Assembly (NCBI GenBank): GCA_944392805.1
Contig: CALXXZ010000008.1
Location: 6,173-70,172 of the forward strand
Source of the DNA: an uncultured Clostridia bacterium
GTDB taxonomy: Bacteria; Bacillota; Clostridia; TANB77; CAG-508
Direction of reading: 5' to 3'
Length of the DNA stretch: 64,000 nt
In this document: in pieces, positions 18,044-28,160 of the stretch
Numbering within the stretch: position 1 is the first letter of the stretch
Layout: each line of letters begins with the position of its first letter
Program-made: the position numbers and the translations under genes
The notes under the pieces: model-generated
Seen by the model: the letters and a program-made list of their open reading frames with translations, nothing else
Databases searched by the model: none
Told to the model about the DNA's origin: nothing

Positions 18044-19543
18044 ATGAAAAAATTAAAAAATCAATTAAAAACAGTTAGAGGTAAATTATTTTTAACTTTA
18101 TGTGTAGTTGTAATGTCAATTGTTTTATTTTTAATTATAGTAAATAGTTTTGTGCTAGAATCATATTATCAATATATAAAAAGCAATACACTAAAATCAG
18201 TATATGAAGAAATAAATTCATATTATAATGGAGAACTTCAAATAGAAAATTTTGGAGATGAATTGGACAAAATTTCGATAAGCAATAATTTTGATATAAT
18301 AATTAAAGATAGTAATGATGTTGTAGTATATTTATCAAATAAAGATTTTCTATCAAACATAAGGCAAATAATAGATTTTTGGGGAATAAATAGAAAACAA
18401 GAATATAAAGTAATAGAAGAATCAGATAATTTAGAAATAATGAATATAAGAGATACAGAAACAAGAATGAATTACATATTATTAACAGGAAAATTAGACA
18501 ACGGATATTCAACATATATAAGGCTACCAATATCATCTATACAAGAAAGTGTTAACATATCTAATAGATTTTTATATTTAATTGCTGGTATAGTAATAAT
18601 AGTTGGTGGAATTGCGATAATATTCATTTCAAAACAATTTAGTGACCCAATATCAGAAATAAGTGCAATTGCTAAAAAAATGGCAAACTTAGATTTTAGT
18701 CATAAATATGTAGTAACTGATGATGACGAAATAAATGAACTTGGTGAAAGCATAAATGTCATGTCAGAAAAATTAGAAAAAACAATTAATCAATTACGAA
18801 AAAGTAATATAGAACTCGAAAAAGATATAGAGAAAAAATCTAAAATAGATGAAATGAGAAAAAGCTTTATATCAGATGTATCACATGAATTGAAAACGCC
18901 AATAGCACTAATCCAAGGATATAGTGAAGGCTTATTAGAAAATGTAAATTCTGATGAAGAAAGTAGAAAATTTTATGCAGAAGTTATTTTAGATGAATCT
19001 AATAAAATGGATAAAATGGTAAAACAATTACTTGAACTTACAAAACTTGAATATGAAAAAAGAGAATTCAATAATAGAACATTTAATATTGTTGAACTTG
19101 AAAAAGAAATTGTAAGATCATCACAAGTAATGATAGAAGAAAAAAATACAAAAGTTGAATTTGACACAGAAGAAAAGATTAATGTTTATGCAGATGACTT
19201 CTATATAAGTCAGATTGTAACAAATTATCTAACAAATGCAATAAAACATGTAAAAGACGTAGATGGAGAAAATTATATTAGAATAACAAATACTGTAATT
19301 CCAGAAAAAGAAAAAGTTAGAGTAACAGTATTTAATACAGGTAATAAAATAGCAGAAGAAAATTTATCACGTGTTTGGAATAGATTCTTTAAAGCTGATG
19401 AGGCACGCAATAGAGAAGATGGTGGAAGCGGAATTGGTTTATCTATTGTTAGAGCTATCATGAATAATTATGGTACAGATTATGGAGTCGAAAATAAAAC
19501 AAATGGTGTAGAATTTTATTTTGAAATAGATACAATAAAATAG
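18044..19543 (+). CDS. sensor histidine kinase
   Basis: Two TM segments, HAMP domain, HisKA (SHELKTPIA) and HATPase_c (GGSGIGLSIV). Confidence 0.88.
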   Translation: MKKLKNQLKTVRGKLFLTLCVVVMSIVLFLIIVNSFVLESYYQYIKSNTLKSVYEEINSYYNGELQIENFGDELDKISISNNFDIIIKDSNDVVVYLSNKDFLSNIRQIIDFWGINRKQEYKVIEESDNLEIMNIRDTETRMNYILLTGKLDNGYSTYIRLPISSIQESVNISNRFLYLIAGIVIIVGGIAIIFISKQFSDPISEISAIAKKMANLDFSHKYVVTDDDEINELGESINVMSEKLEKTINQLRKSNIELEKDIEKKSKIDEMRKSFISDVSHELKTPIALIQGYSEGLLENVNSDEESRKFYAEVILDESNKMDKMVKQLLELTKLEYEKREFNNRTFNIVELEKEIVRSSQVMIEEKNTKVEFDTEEKINVYADDFYISQIVTNYLTNAIKHVKDVDGENYIRITNTVIPEKEKVRVTVFNTGNKIAEENLSRVWNRFFKADEARNREDGGSGIGLSIVRAIMNNYGTDYGVENKTNGVEFYFEIDTIK

Positions 19544-19563
19544 CAAGAATACTTGCTATTTTT
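19540..19563 (+). terminator. intrinsic terminator (ATAGCAAG hairpin family)
   Basis: ATAGCAAG-aata-CTTGCTAT plus a T-run, overlapping the stop codon. Near-identical to the terminator at 45421. Confidence 0.7.
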
Positions 19564-19616
19564 GACATTTTACGATAAAATACAACAAGAAACAAGATAG
19601 ACAAAGGTGAGAAAAA

Positions 19617-22600
19617 ATGTATTTAAAAAGATTAGAAATGCAAGGATTTAAATCATTTGCAGATAAAACAGTATTAGAATTTATGCCAGGAATAACAAGT
19701 GTAATAGGTCCAAATGGTTCAGGTAAAAGTAATATATCAGACGCAATAAGATGGATACTTGGAGAGCAAAGTATGAAATCACTAAGAGGAGCAAAGACAC
19801 AAGACATCATATTTGCGGGAACAGAAAATAGAAAATCATTAGGATTTGCAGAAGCATCATTAATATTTGATAATACAGATGGAACATTGCCAATAGAATA
19901 TTCAGAAGTAACAATAACAAGAAAAATATATAGAAGCGGAGAAACAGGATATTATATAAATAAAGTACCATGTAGATTAAAAGATGTAGTAGAATTATTT
20001 ATGGATACTGGAATAGGACGAGATGGATATTCAATAATAGGACAAGGCAAAATAGATGAAATATTAAGTAATAAATCAGAAGATAGAAGACATATATTTG
20101 AAGAAGCAGCAGGGATTGTAAAATATAGAGCAAGAAAAGAAGAAACAGAGAAAAAACTAGAACAAACTAAGCTAAATTTATTAAGAATAAATGATATTTT
20201 AACAGAAATAGAAAGTAATTTAGAACCATTACAACAACAATCAGACAAGGCAAAAAAATATCTAAACTTAAAAGAGGAATTAAAAAATATAGAAGTAGGG
20301 TTATTTATTTATAATATTGAAAGATATAAAAAATCTTTAGAAGAACTAATATCAGATGAAGAAATAATGAAAAACACATTAAATCAAGAAGAAGGAAAAC
20401 TAGAAAAAATAAAAATATTAAAAGAAGAATTAAAAGATAATATTGATGAAATAACTGAGCAGATTGAAAATATGCAAAACATTGGGTTTGAGAGCCAAAA
20501 AGAAATTGAACAATTAAATTCTAAACTAAATGTAGCCCAGACTAAAATAGATAATAATACAGAAAATATAAGCAGATATGAAAATGAAATAATAGAAATA
20601 GAAAATAAAATAAAACAATTAAAAGAAGAAATTGAATTAAAAGAATCAAAAAAAGACAACTTAAAACAAAATAAAGAAAGATTTGAAAAAGAATTACAAG
20701 AAAAAGAACAAGAATTACAAAAACTAACAGAAAAACTAAGTTCAAAAGAATTAGAAATCGAAAAAATAAAAAAACAAGTGGAAGAAAATACTGATAAAAA
20801 ATATGAACTTCAATCAGAAGTAAGTATGCAAAAAGCAAATTATGAGAACTTAGAAAAAAGACAAGTTCAATTAAAACAAGAAATAAATAACAATATATTA
20901 GAACTTGATAGAACAAGAATGAAAAAAGAAGATATTTCGAAAGAATTTTATAAAATAGAAACAAATCGAAATAAAATTCTAAAACAGATAGAAGAAATAA
21001 ATTCTAAAAAAGAAGAAATAAATAAAAAAATAAAAGAATATGATATTCAGATAGTAAACAATACAAATGACTTGAGAATGAAAAAATCTAGACATGATTT
21101 TTTAGTTGAAACTGAAAAAGAAAAAGAAGGATATATAAAAAGTGTAAAACAATTATTATTAGATTGTGAAAAAACAAAAGAACTTGGAAAAGGAATGTAT
21201 GGTGTACTTGCAAATATAATTTCAGTACCAAAAGAATATGAAACAGCAATAGAAATGTGTTTAGGAGCAAGCCTTCAAAATATAGTAACTGAAACTGAAG
21301 AAGATGCAAAAAAATTAATTGAACATTTACGTACAAACAATTTGGGAAGAGCATCATTTTTACCAATATCATCAGTAAAAGGAAAAAAACTTGAAAATAT
21401 AAAAGGTAAAAAAGTAGGAATTATTGGTATTGCATCAGATATAGTAACATACAGCAAAAAATATGAACAAATAATATTAAATTTGTTAGGAAGAACAGTA
21501 ATTGTAGACAATATGCAAAATGCTATAAACTTAGCAAAAGAAAATGGATATTCATTTAGAATAATAACAATAGAAGGAGACTTAATAAATCCATCAGGAG
21601 CAATAACAGGTGGTTCTGTTGCTAAAAAAACTGTAAATATTTTAGGAAGAAGTAGAGAAATTGAAAGTCTACAAAAAGAAATAAAGAAAATTCAAGAAAA
21701 AATAACAAAACTTGAAGCAGAAAAAGAAGAATTTATAACTTCTTCAGAAGAAACAATAGAAGCAGTAGATGCTTTAGGAAAAGAATTACAAGAAATTGAT
21801 ATAACTTATGCAACAGAAAGACAAAGGGTTATTTCAATAGATGAAGAAATTGAAAAAATTCAAAAAAGAACAGAACATTTAAAACACGAGAATGAAAAAT
21901 CAGAAGCAGAAAAAGAACAAATTAAAAAAGAAAAAGAACAAAATGAAAAAGAAATACAAGAAATGACTAAACAAAATGAAGAAAACCAAAAAATAATAGA
22001 TGAATTTGCGCTTACAAACAAAGATAGTCAAGAATATATTGATAATTTAAATATAGATATAACAAACTTGAAAATATCAGTATCATCATTTGATGAGAGT
22101 GAAAGCTCTATAAAAGAAATGACTGATATGATAAATAAAGAGATTGAAAATAATGCAAAAAATAAAAAAAATAAAAAAGAACAGATAGAAAAAGCAAAAA
22201 ATGAAAATAATGAACTTGTTAATGAAATTGAGCAGACTAAAAAAGAAATAGAAACTATTAAATATAAAGTTTCTAATAGTGGAGAAAGTATTGAAAAGTT
22301 AAAAAAAGAAAGAACAGAAAAAAATGAAAAATTAATCTTAAAAGAAGAAGAACAATCACAGCAATTTAAGACAATAGAAGATCTAAGAGCACAGGTTGTA
22401 AAAATTGAAGTTAAGAAAAATAAAACTGATGAAGATATACAAGAAATAATAAATAAACTATGGGTTGAATATGAGCTTACACCTAATAATGTGGAAAATT
22501 ATCAAAAACCAGAAAATGTATTAGTAACACAAAGAAAGGTAAATGAATTAAGAACAGATATTAAAGAATTAGGTAGTGTAAATGTCGACTCAATTGAAGA

Positions 22601-23162
22601 ATATAAAAATGTAAAACAAAGATATGACTTTATGTGTGAACAAAGACTTGACTTAGAAGATACTATGTCAAAATTAAGAAATGTAATTCAAGAAATGCTA
22701 GAAATAATGAGAGAGCAATTCAAAGAAAAATTCCAGATAATAAATAAGAATTTTGGAGAAGTGTTTAAAGAATTATTTGGAGGAGGAGTTGCTGAAGTAA
22801 GTCTAACAGATGAAAATGATATTCTTGAATGTGGCATAGATATAACTGTTCAGCCACCAGGAAAGAAACTTCAGAATATGACACTATTGTCAGGTGGAGA
22901 AAAAGCATTAACAGCAATTGCATTATTATTTGCAATTTTAAAAATTAATCCTGCACCATTTTGCGTACTTGATGAAATTGAAGCAGCTCTTGATGATGTA
23001 AATGTTTATAGATATGCAGAATATTTAAAGAAATTTTCAAAAGAAACTCAATTTTTAATTATTACACACAGAAAAGGAACAATGGAAGTTGCAGATACAG
23101 TATATGGTGTAACAATGGAAGAAAAGGGAATTTCAAAATTATTATCAATGAAATTAAAATAA
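19617..23162 (+). CDS. smc: chromosome segregation protein SMC
   Basis: 1181 aa with Walker A (GPNGSGKSN), long coiled coils, a hinge, and the signature LSGGEKALTA plus Walker B. Confidence 0.93.
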   Translation: MYLKRLEMQGFKSFADKTVLEFMPGITSVIGPNGSGKSNISDAIRWILGEQSMKSLRGAKTQDIIFAGTENRKSLGFAEASLIFDNTDGTLPIEYSEVTITRKIYRSGETGYYINKVPCRLKDVVELFMDTGIGRDGYSIIGQGKIDEILSNKSEDRRHIFEEAAGIVKYRARKEETEKKLEQTKLNLLRINDILTEIESNLEPLQQQSDKAKKYLNLKEELKNIEVGLFIYNIERYKKSLEELISDEEIMKNTLNQEEGKLEKIKILKEELKDNIDEITEQIENMQNIGFESQKEIEQLNSKLNVAQTKIDNNTENISRYENEIIEIENKIKQLKEEIELKESKKDNLKQNKERFEKELQEKEQELQKLTEKLSSKELEIEKIKKQVEENTDKKYELQSEVSMQKANYENLEKRQVQLKQEINNNILELDRTRMKKEDISKEFYKIETNRNKILKQIEEINSKKEEINKKIKEYDIQIVNNTNDLRMKKSRHDFLVETEKEKEGYIKSVKQLLLDCEKTKELGKGMYGVLANIISVPKEYETAIEMCLGASLQNIVTETEEDAKKLIEHLRTNNLGRASFLPISSVKGKKLENIKGKKVGIIGIASDIVTYSKKYEQIILNLLGRTVIVDNMQNAINLAKENGYSFRIITIEGDLINPSGAITGGSVAKKTVNILGRSREIESLQKEIKKIQEKITKLEAEKEEFITSSEETIEAVDALGKELQEIDITYATERQRVISIDEEIEKIQKRTEHLKHENEKSEAEKEQIKKEKEQNEKEIQEMTKQNEENQKIIDEFALTNKDSQEYIDNLNIDITNLKISVSSFDESESSIKEMTDMINKEIENNAKNKKNKKEQIEKAKNENNELVNEIEQTKKEIETIKYKVSNSGESIEKLKKERTEKNEKLILKEEEQSQQFKTIEDLRAQVVKIEVKKNKTDEDIQEIINKLWVEYELTPNNVENYQKPENVLVTQRKVNELRTDIKELGSVNVDSIEEYKNVKQRYDFMCEQRLDLEDTMSKLRNVIQEMLEIMREQFKEKFQIINKNFGEVFKELFGGGVAEVSLTDENDILECGIDITVQPPGKKLQNMTLLSGGEKALTAIALLFAILKINPAPFCVLDEIEAALDDVNVYRYAEYLKKFSKETQFLIITHRKGTMEVADTVYGVTMEEKGISKLLSMKLK

Positions 23163-23187
23163 GACTTCAAATGCGAAGTCTTATTTA
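23161..23187. terminator. bidirectional terminator between smc and htpX
   Basis: AAGACTTC-aaatgc-GAAGTCTT with T/A runs on both sides. Confidence 0.65.
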
Positions 23188-23189
23188 TA

Positions 23190-24083
23190 TTATCTTAAAT
23201 TACGTAAAGCTTCAATTCTATCTTCAGTACTTGGATGTGTAGACCATATACTTGAAGATTTTTTTGTTTTTTTACCTCTAAAAGGATTTACGATGTACAT
23301 ATTTTCTGTTGCATTATTAGCAACTTTTAATTCATTAGGGTCACTAGAAATTTTTTCTAAAGCTGAAATTAGACCATCAGGATTTCTAGTAAATTCAACT
23401 GCTGTAGCATCAGCTAGATATTCTCTTTTTCTAGAAATTGCAAGTTGCATTAGTTTTCCAAAGATAGGTGAAAGGATTAAAAATATTAAACCAATAAGCA
23501 TTAATATTGCATTACCTTTACTATCATCATCTCTATCTCTTGTACCACCCCAGAAGGCAATACGTGTAAACCAGTCAGCAAGCATAACAATAAATCCTAC
23601 CATTACTGAAACAACAGCTGAAAGTCTTATATCATAATTTTTAATGTGTGCCATTTCATGTGCAAGCACAGCTTCTAATTCATAATATTCAAGTCTATCT
23701 AATAGTCCAGTAGTTACACATATAACAGCATTTTGTGGATTTCTACCTGTTGCAAAAGCATTTGGTTGCATATCTTCAACAACATATAATTTTGGTGTAC
23801 AAGGTAGCCCTGAAGAAACAACTAGAGAATCTAATATATTAACAAGTTGTAAATTTTCCTCTTTAGTCGCAGGTCTTGCTTTATTTAATCTTAAAACAAT
23901 TTTATCACTATAATAGTATGAACCCCATGTAGATAAAATTGAAAATATTAAAGCAATGACAATTGAAATAGGTCCTAAATCTAATGCCATACATATATAA
24001 TAAATAATTAAAGTTACAACAATTAAAAATGCAAAAACTATCATCCATGATTTGAATTTGTTTTTCTTAATATCTTCGAACAT
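23190..24083 (-). CDS. htpX: zinc metalloprotease HtpX
   Basis: HEMAHIKNYD motif, four TM segments and an M48 peptidase pattern. Confidence 0.88.
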   Translation of the reverse strand: MFEDIKKNKFKSWMIVFAFLIVVTLIIYYICMALDLGPISIVIALIFSILSTWGSYYYSDKIVLRLNKARPATKEENLQLVNILDSLVVSSGLPCTPKLYVVEDMQPNAFATGRNPQNAVICVTTGLLDRLEYYELEAVLAHEMAHIKNYDIRLSAVVSVMVGFIVMLADWFTRIAFWGGTRDRDDDSKGNAILMLIGLIFLILSPIFGKLMQLAISRKREYLADATAVEFTRNPDGLISALEKISSDPNELKVANNATENMYIVNPFRGKKTKKSSSIWSTHPSTEDRIEALRNLR

Positions 24084-24141
24084 ATAATTCCTCCTATAGC
24101 TAAGGGATAGAAATAAATTCTATCCCCATCAATAAAATTTT

Positions 24142-24693
24142 TTATTTATTAAAGTCAACTTTTACATTTTTTCTAGCTTCTTCACTTTCTGTTTCAAATA
24201 ATTCTCTTGGTTTGAATTTAAACATATTTGCAATTATATTTGAAGGGAAAAGCTCTAATTTTGTGTTATACATTGTAACACTATCATTATAGAATTGTCT
24301 AGAAAAAGAAATTTTATTTTCTGTATTTCTTAATTCTTCTGATAATTGAGCAAAGTTAGCACTTGCTTTTAAATCAGGATAATTTTCTGAAACAGCCATA
24401 ATTGTTTTTAAAGCTTCAGAAAGTTCTCCATCTAATTTTGCTTTTTCTCCAACTGAAGAAGAATTAGCCCATGAAGTTCTTAATGCAGCAATTTTTTCAA
24501 ATGTTTCTGATTCATGTTGCATATAACCTTTTACAGTTTCTACAAAATTTGGGATTAAATCAAAACGTCTTTGTAATTGTACATCAATTTGACTCCAAGC
24601 ATTATCAACTTTTAGTTTTGCTGAAACTAATCCATTATAAATTGCTATAACTGCAATGATTAGTACAGCTATTATAATTAATGCAATCCACAT
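24142..24693 (-). CDS. lemA: LemA family protein
   Basis: N-terminal TM segment plus the conserved LemA helical region (YN.L....V..AWSQIDVQLQRR.DLIPN). Confidence 0.85.
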   Translation of the reverse strand: MWIALIIIAVLIIAVIAIYNGLVSAKLKVDNAWSQIDVQLQRRFDLIPNFVETVKGYMQHESETFEKIAALRTSWANSSSVGEKAKLDGELSEALKTIMAVSENYPDLKASANFAQLSEELRNTENKISFSRQFYNDSVTMYNTKLELFPSNIIANMFKFKPRELFETESEEARKNVKVDFNK

Positions 24694-24903
24694 ATAATTT
24701 CCTCCTTCGCATTTAATATATATTAATAATATATCATATTATGTCCAATTTTACAAGAAAATTAATAATTTTTATTCAAATGAATAGAATTAAATAAAAA
24801 ATAAAAAAAATTTTTAAGAATTTTTTTAGTACAAGTTGCATATAATATATTATACCAAGTATTACCAAGGCTTACGGAAATTGATACTACAAAAACAAAA
24901 AAT

Positions 24904-24932
24904 TTGACAAAAAAATAAAAAAAGGTTATAAT
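24904..24932 (+). promoter_or_regulatory. promoter of the 3D-domain gene
   Basis: TTGACA-N17-TATAAT. Confidence 0.55.
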
Positions 24933-24957
24933 AAAAATGTCGTTAAAAGGAGGTTAT

Positions 24958-25902
24958 ATGATTTTTATGAATAAAAAAGATAGTGCATCTATCTCTATTA
25001 TGAAAATCATTGGTGTTAGTTTAATATTTATATTAATTTTCGGAGTAAGCGTAATGGCTACGGAAATAGATATTAGAAGTGTTGAAATAACGATGTCAAA
25101 TGGTTACAAAATGACAGTTGTAACAAGTAAAACAAATGTATCAGAAATTTTAGAAGACAACAATATAGTTATAGAAGAAGACGAAAGAGTAAGTCCGGAT
25201 TTAGAATCAGAAATAGGAGAAAACAATAAAATAGTAATCTCAAATAAATCCGAACAAGAGGTACAAATAGCCAAAATATCAGAAAGTGGAATAGAAACAA
25301 CATTAGATGAAATATTAAAAAGTTACACACCAATAATTGAAAAAATAGTAGTAGAACAAGAAGCTATACCATATGAAACAATTACAAAAGACGCATCAGA
25401 AGGAGTATCAGACACAAAAAATAAAGTAATACAACAAGGAGAAGACGGAATAAGAGAAGTAACATATAAAATAAAATATCAAAACGACGAAGAAATAGAA
25501 AGAACAAAACTTTCAGAGAGAATAGTAAAAGAACCAGTAGATAAAATTGTTCAAGTACAAAAAAATGTAACAACATCAAGAGGATCAATATCAAGAGGAA
25601 GTACTAATACATCAGGAACAACAAAAATATTTAAAATAACAGCATATTGCCCATGTTCTAAATGTTGTGGAAAATATGCATCAGGTTATACATCATCAGG
25701 AACAAAAGCGACAGCAGGTCGTACAGTAGCAGCTTCATCTCAATTTGCATTTGGAACAAAATTAATAATAAATGGTAAAGAATATACAGTTGAAGATAGA
25801 GGAGGAGCTATAACTGGAAATAAAATAGATATTTTTATGAATACACATGCTGAAGCATTAGCATGGGGAGTAAAATACTTACCAGTACAAGTAGTTGAAT
25901 AA
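24958..25902 (+). CDS. DUF348/G5/3D-domain cell-wall protein (YabE/Rpf-like)
   Basis: TM segment, G5-like repeat and a C-terminal 3D domain (ITAYCPCSKCCGKY...VEDRGGAI.GNKIDIF). Start at the ATG at 24958 after AAAGGAGG. The track ATG at 24937 abuts the -10 box. Confidence 0.8.
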   Translation: MIFMNKKDSASISIMKIIGVSLIFILIFGVSVMATEIDIRSVEITMSNGYKMTVVTSKTNVSEILEDNNIVIEEDERVSPDLESEIGENNKIVISNKSEQEVQIAKISESGIETTLDEILKSYTPIIEKIVVEQEAIPYETITKDASEGVSDTKNKVIQQGEDGIREVTYKIKYQNDEEIERTKLSERIVKEPVDKIVQVQKNVTTSRGSISRGSTNTSGTTKIFKITAYCPCSKCCGKYASGYTSSGTKATAGRTVAASSQFAFGTKLIINGKEYTVEDRGGAITGNKIDIFMNTHAEALAWGVKYLPVQVVE

Positions 25903-25909
25903 GAAAAAA

Positions 25910-25946
25910 GTGAATTGAAGAAATATTTTCAATTCACTTTTTTTTT
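25910..25946 (+). terminator. intrinsic terminator
   Basis: GTGAATTGAA-loop-TTCAATTCAC followed by T9. Confidence 0.8.
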
Positions 25947-25948
25947 AC

Positions 25949-26155
25949 GCAAAGCTCAAAAGGGGACGGTCCTGTTTGGTGCATTATCTATATTAAATAT
26001 AACTCAAAAGTTTATATATTACTATTCCATGGCAAAACCATATTCTGGGTCTTCGTCGGGGGTCTTTGCCTTATTTCATAGTAATATATAAACTTTTTGT
26101 TATAATTATACATTTAAAAATGCACCAAACAGGACCGTCCCCTTTTGAGCTTTGC
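25949..26155. repeat. nested palindromic element E1: 37-bp perfect outer arms, 20-bp inner stem, conserved GC-rich core
   Basis: Outer arms are 25949-25985 and 26119-26155. Inner stem is 26006-26025 / 26078-26097. Stem GGCAAA/TTTGCC encloses the core GGTCTTCGTCGGGGGTCTT (26048-26066). Confidence 0.85.
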
Positions 26156-26260
26156 TTTGGAGTGAAAAAATTATAAAAATCTTAAAAAAATGATGAAAAA
26201 TATTAAGAAACATGATATAATAAAATAGTCGAGAAATATGAGAAAAAAACAGGAGGAAAT

Positions 26261-28066
26261 ATGAGTCAAGAAAAAATAAGAAACTTTAGTATAATAGCAC
26301 ATATAGACCATGGAAAATCCACACTAGCAGATAGATTAATAGAAAAAACAGGTGTATTAACACAAAGAGAAATGGAAGAACAAGTATTAGACAACATGGA
26401 AATAGAAAAAGAAAGAGGAATAACAATAAAATCACAAGCAGTAAGAATGAAATATAAAGCTAAAGATGGACAAGAATACATATTTAATTTAATAGACACA
26501 CCAGGACATGTAGACTTTAACTATGAAGTATCAAGAAGTTTAGCAGCATGTGATGGTGCAATATTAGTAGTAGATGCAAGCCAAGGAGTAGAAGCACAAA
26601 CACTTGCAAATGTATATTTAGCAATAGAAAATGACTTAGAAATATTACCTGTAATAAACAAAATAGATTTACCAAATGCAAGACCAGAAGAAGTAAAAAA
26701 AGAAATAGAAGATATAATAGGAATACCTGCAATGGATGCACCATGCATATCAGCAAAATCAGGATTAAATGTAGAAGAAGTGCTAGAAAAAATAGTAACA
26801 GAATTACCACCTCCAAAAGGAGATGAAAATGCAAAAACAAAATGTTTAATATTTGATTCATATTATGACAATTATAAAGGTGCAGTTGCATATGTAAGAG
26901 TAGTAGACGGAAAAGTAAAAGTAGGAGACGAAATAAAACTAATGGCAACAGGAAAAACATTTACTGTAGTAGAAGTAGGATATTTCGAACCTGGAACATA
27001 TATGCCAACAGAAGAAATAAAAGCAGGAGAAGTAGGATATATTGCAGCAAGTATAAAAAGTTTAACAGACATACAAGTAGGAGATACAATAACATTAAAA
27101 GATAATCCTGCAGATGAACCATTACCAGGATATAAAAAAGTAACACCAATGGTATATTGTGGATTATATCCAATAGATGGTAGTGAATATGAAAATCTAA
27201 AAGTGGCATTAGAAAAACTAAAACTAAATGATGCAGCATTAGAATATGAACCAGAAACATCAGCAGCATTAGGATTTGGATTTAGATGTGGATTTTTAGG
27301 ATTATTACATTTAGAAATTATAGAAGAAAGACTAGATAGAGAATTTGATTTAGGATTAATAACAACAGCACCATCAGTAATATATAAAGTACATAAAACA
27401 ACAGGAGAAACATTAGACATATATAATCCAGCAGACTTACCACCAACAACAGAAATTGCATATATGGAAGAACCAATAGTAACTGCAAATATAATGACAC
27501 CAAAAGAATTTGTAGGAAATATAATGGATATATGTCAAAATCGTAGAGGAACATTTATAGACATGAAATATCTTGATGAAAACAGAGTAACATTAATATA
27601 TGATATGCCATTAAATGAAATAATATATGACTTTTTTGACAGTTTAAAATCAAGAACAAAAGGATATGCATCATTTGATTATGAATTTAAAGAATATAGA
27701 GAATCAAAACTTGTAAAATTAGATATTCATGTAAATGGACAACCAGTAGATGCATTATCATTTATAGTATTTAAAGACAATGCATATGCAAGAGGAAAGA
27801 AAATGGTAGAAAAATTAAAAACAGTTATACCAAGACAATTATTCCAAATACCATTACAAGCAGTAATTGGTGGAACAATAATAGCAAGAGAAACAATATC
27901 AGCAATGAGAAAAGATGTATTAGCAAAATGTTATGGTGGAGATATAACAAGAAAGAAAAAATTATTAGAAAAGCAGAAAAAAGGTAAAAAAAGAATGAGA
28001 CAGATTGGTAATGTAGAAATGCCACAAGAAGCATTTTTATCAGTACTAAAGCTAGATGACGAGTAA
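26261..28066 (+). CDS. lepA: elongation factor 4
   Basis: [28 protein letters not shown] and a LepA C-terminal domain. Confidence 0.93.
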   Translation: MSQEKIRNFSIIAHIDHGKSTLADRLIEKTGVLTQREMEEQVLDNMEIEKERGITIKSQAVRMKYKAKDGQEYIFNLIDTPGHVDFNYEVSRSLAACDGAILVVDASQGVEAQTLANVYLAIENDLEILPVINKIDLPNARPEEVKKEIEDIIGIPAMDAPCISAKSGLNVEEVLEKIVTELPPPKGDENAKTKCLIFDSYYDNYKGAVAYVRVVDGKVKVGDEIKLMATGKTFTVVEVGYFEPGTYMPTEEIKAGEVGYIAASIKSLTDIQVGDTITLKDNPADEPLPGYKKVTPMVYCGLYPIDGSEYENLKVALEKLKLNDAALEYEPETSAALGFGFRCGFLGLLHLEIIEERLDREFDLGLITTAPSVIYKVHKTTGETLDIYNPADLPPTTEIAYMEEPIVTANIMTPKEFVGNIMDICQNRRGTFIDMKYLDENRVTLIYDMPLNEIIYDFFDSLKSRTKGYASFDYEFKEYRESKLVKLDIHVNGQPVDALSFIVFKDNAYARGKKMVEKLKTVIPRQLFQIPLQAVIGGTIIARETISAMRKDVLAKCYGGDITRKKKLLEKQKKGKKRMRQIGNVEMPQEAFLSVLKLDDE

Positions 28067-28067
28067 A

Positions 28068-28132
28068 GGGAAATTTGGGGACAGTCCCATAATTACCCAA
28101 AAGGAAATTTAGGGACTGTCCCCAAATTTCCC
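28068..28132. repeat. 21-bp-arm perfect hairpin with GGGGACAGTCCC core
   Basis: GGGAAATTTGGGGACAGTCCC, a 23-nt loop, then GGGACTGTCCCCAAATTTCCC. It starts 2 nt after the lepA stop. No T-run follows. Confidence 0.8.
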
Positions 28133-28160
28133 AAATCTTCAAAATAAGAAAGGTGAGAAA

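Noticed and set aside
24937-24957. ORF-track start codons at 24937 (3D-domain gene), 44165 (glucosaminidase), 17338 (response regulator), 59879 (fruK) and others.
   Set aside because: These upstream starts fall inside or next to consensus promoter boxes (the TTG at 44165 is the -35 TTGACA) and lack an RBS. Downstream ATGs sit 6-10 nt after GGAGG-type RBSs and give canonical N-termini.
25949-26155. Assigning E1/E2 to a known class (hammerhead, twister or other self-cleaving ribozyme, a riboswitch, integron attC, or IS terminal inverted repeats).
   Set aside because: I could not find the hammerhead CUGAUGA...GAAA core or other signatures I can recall. The attC R'/R'' match (GTTATAT/ATATAAC) is weak and there is no integrase. 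There is no target-site duplication or transposase. The elements are left as unclassified repeats rather than given a name.
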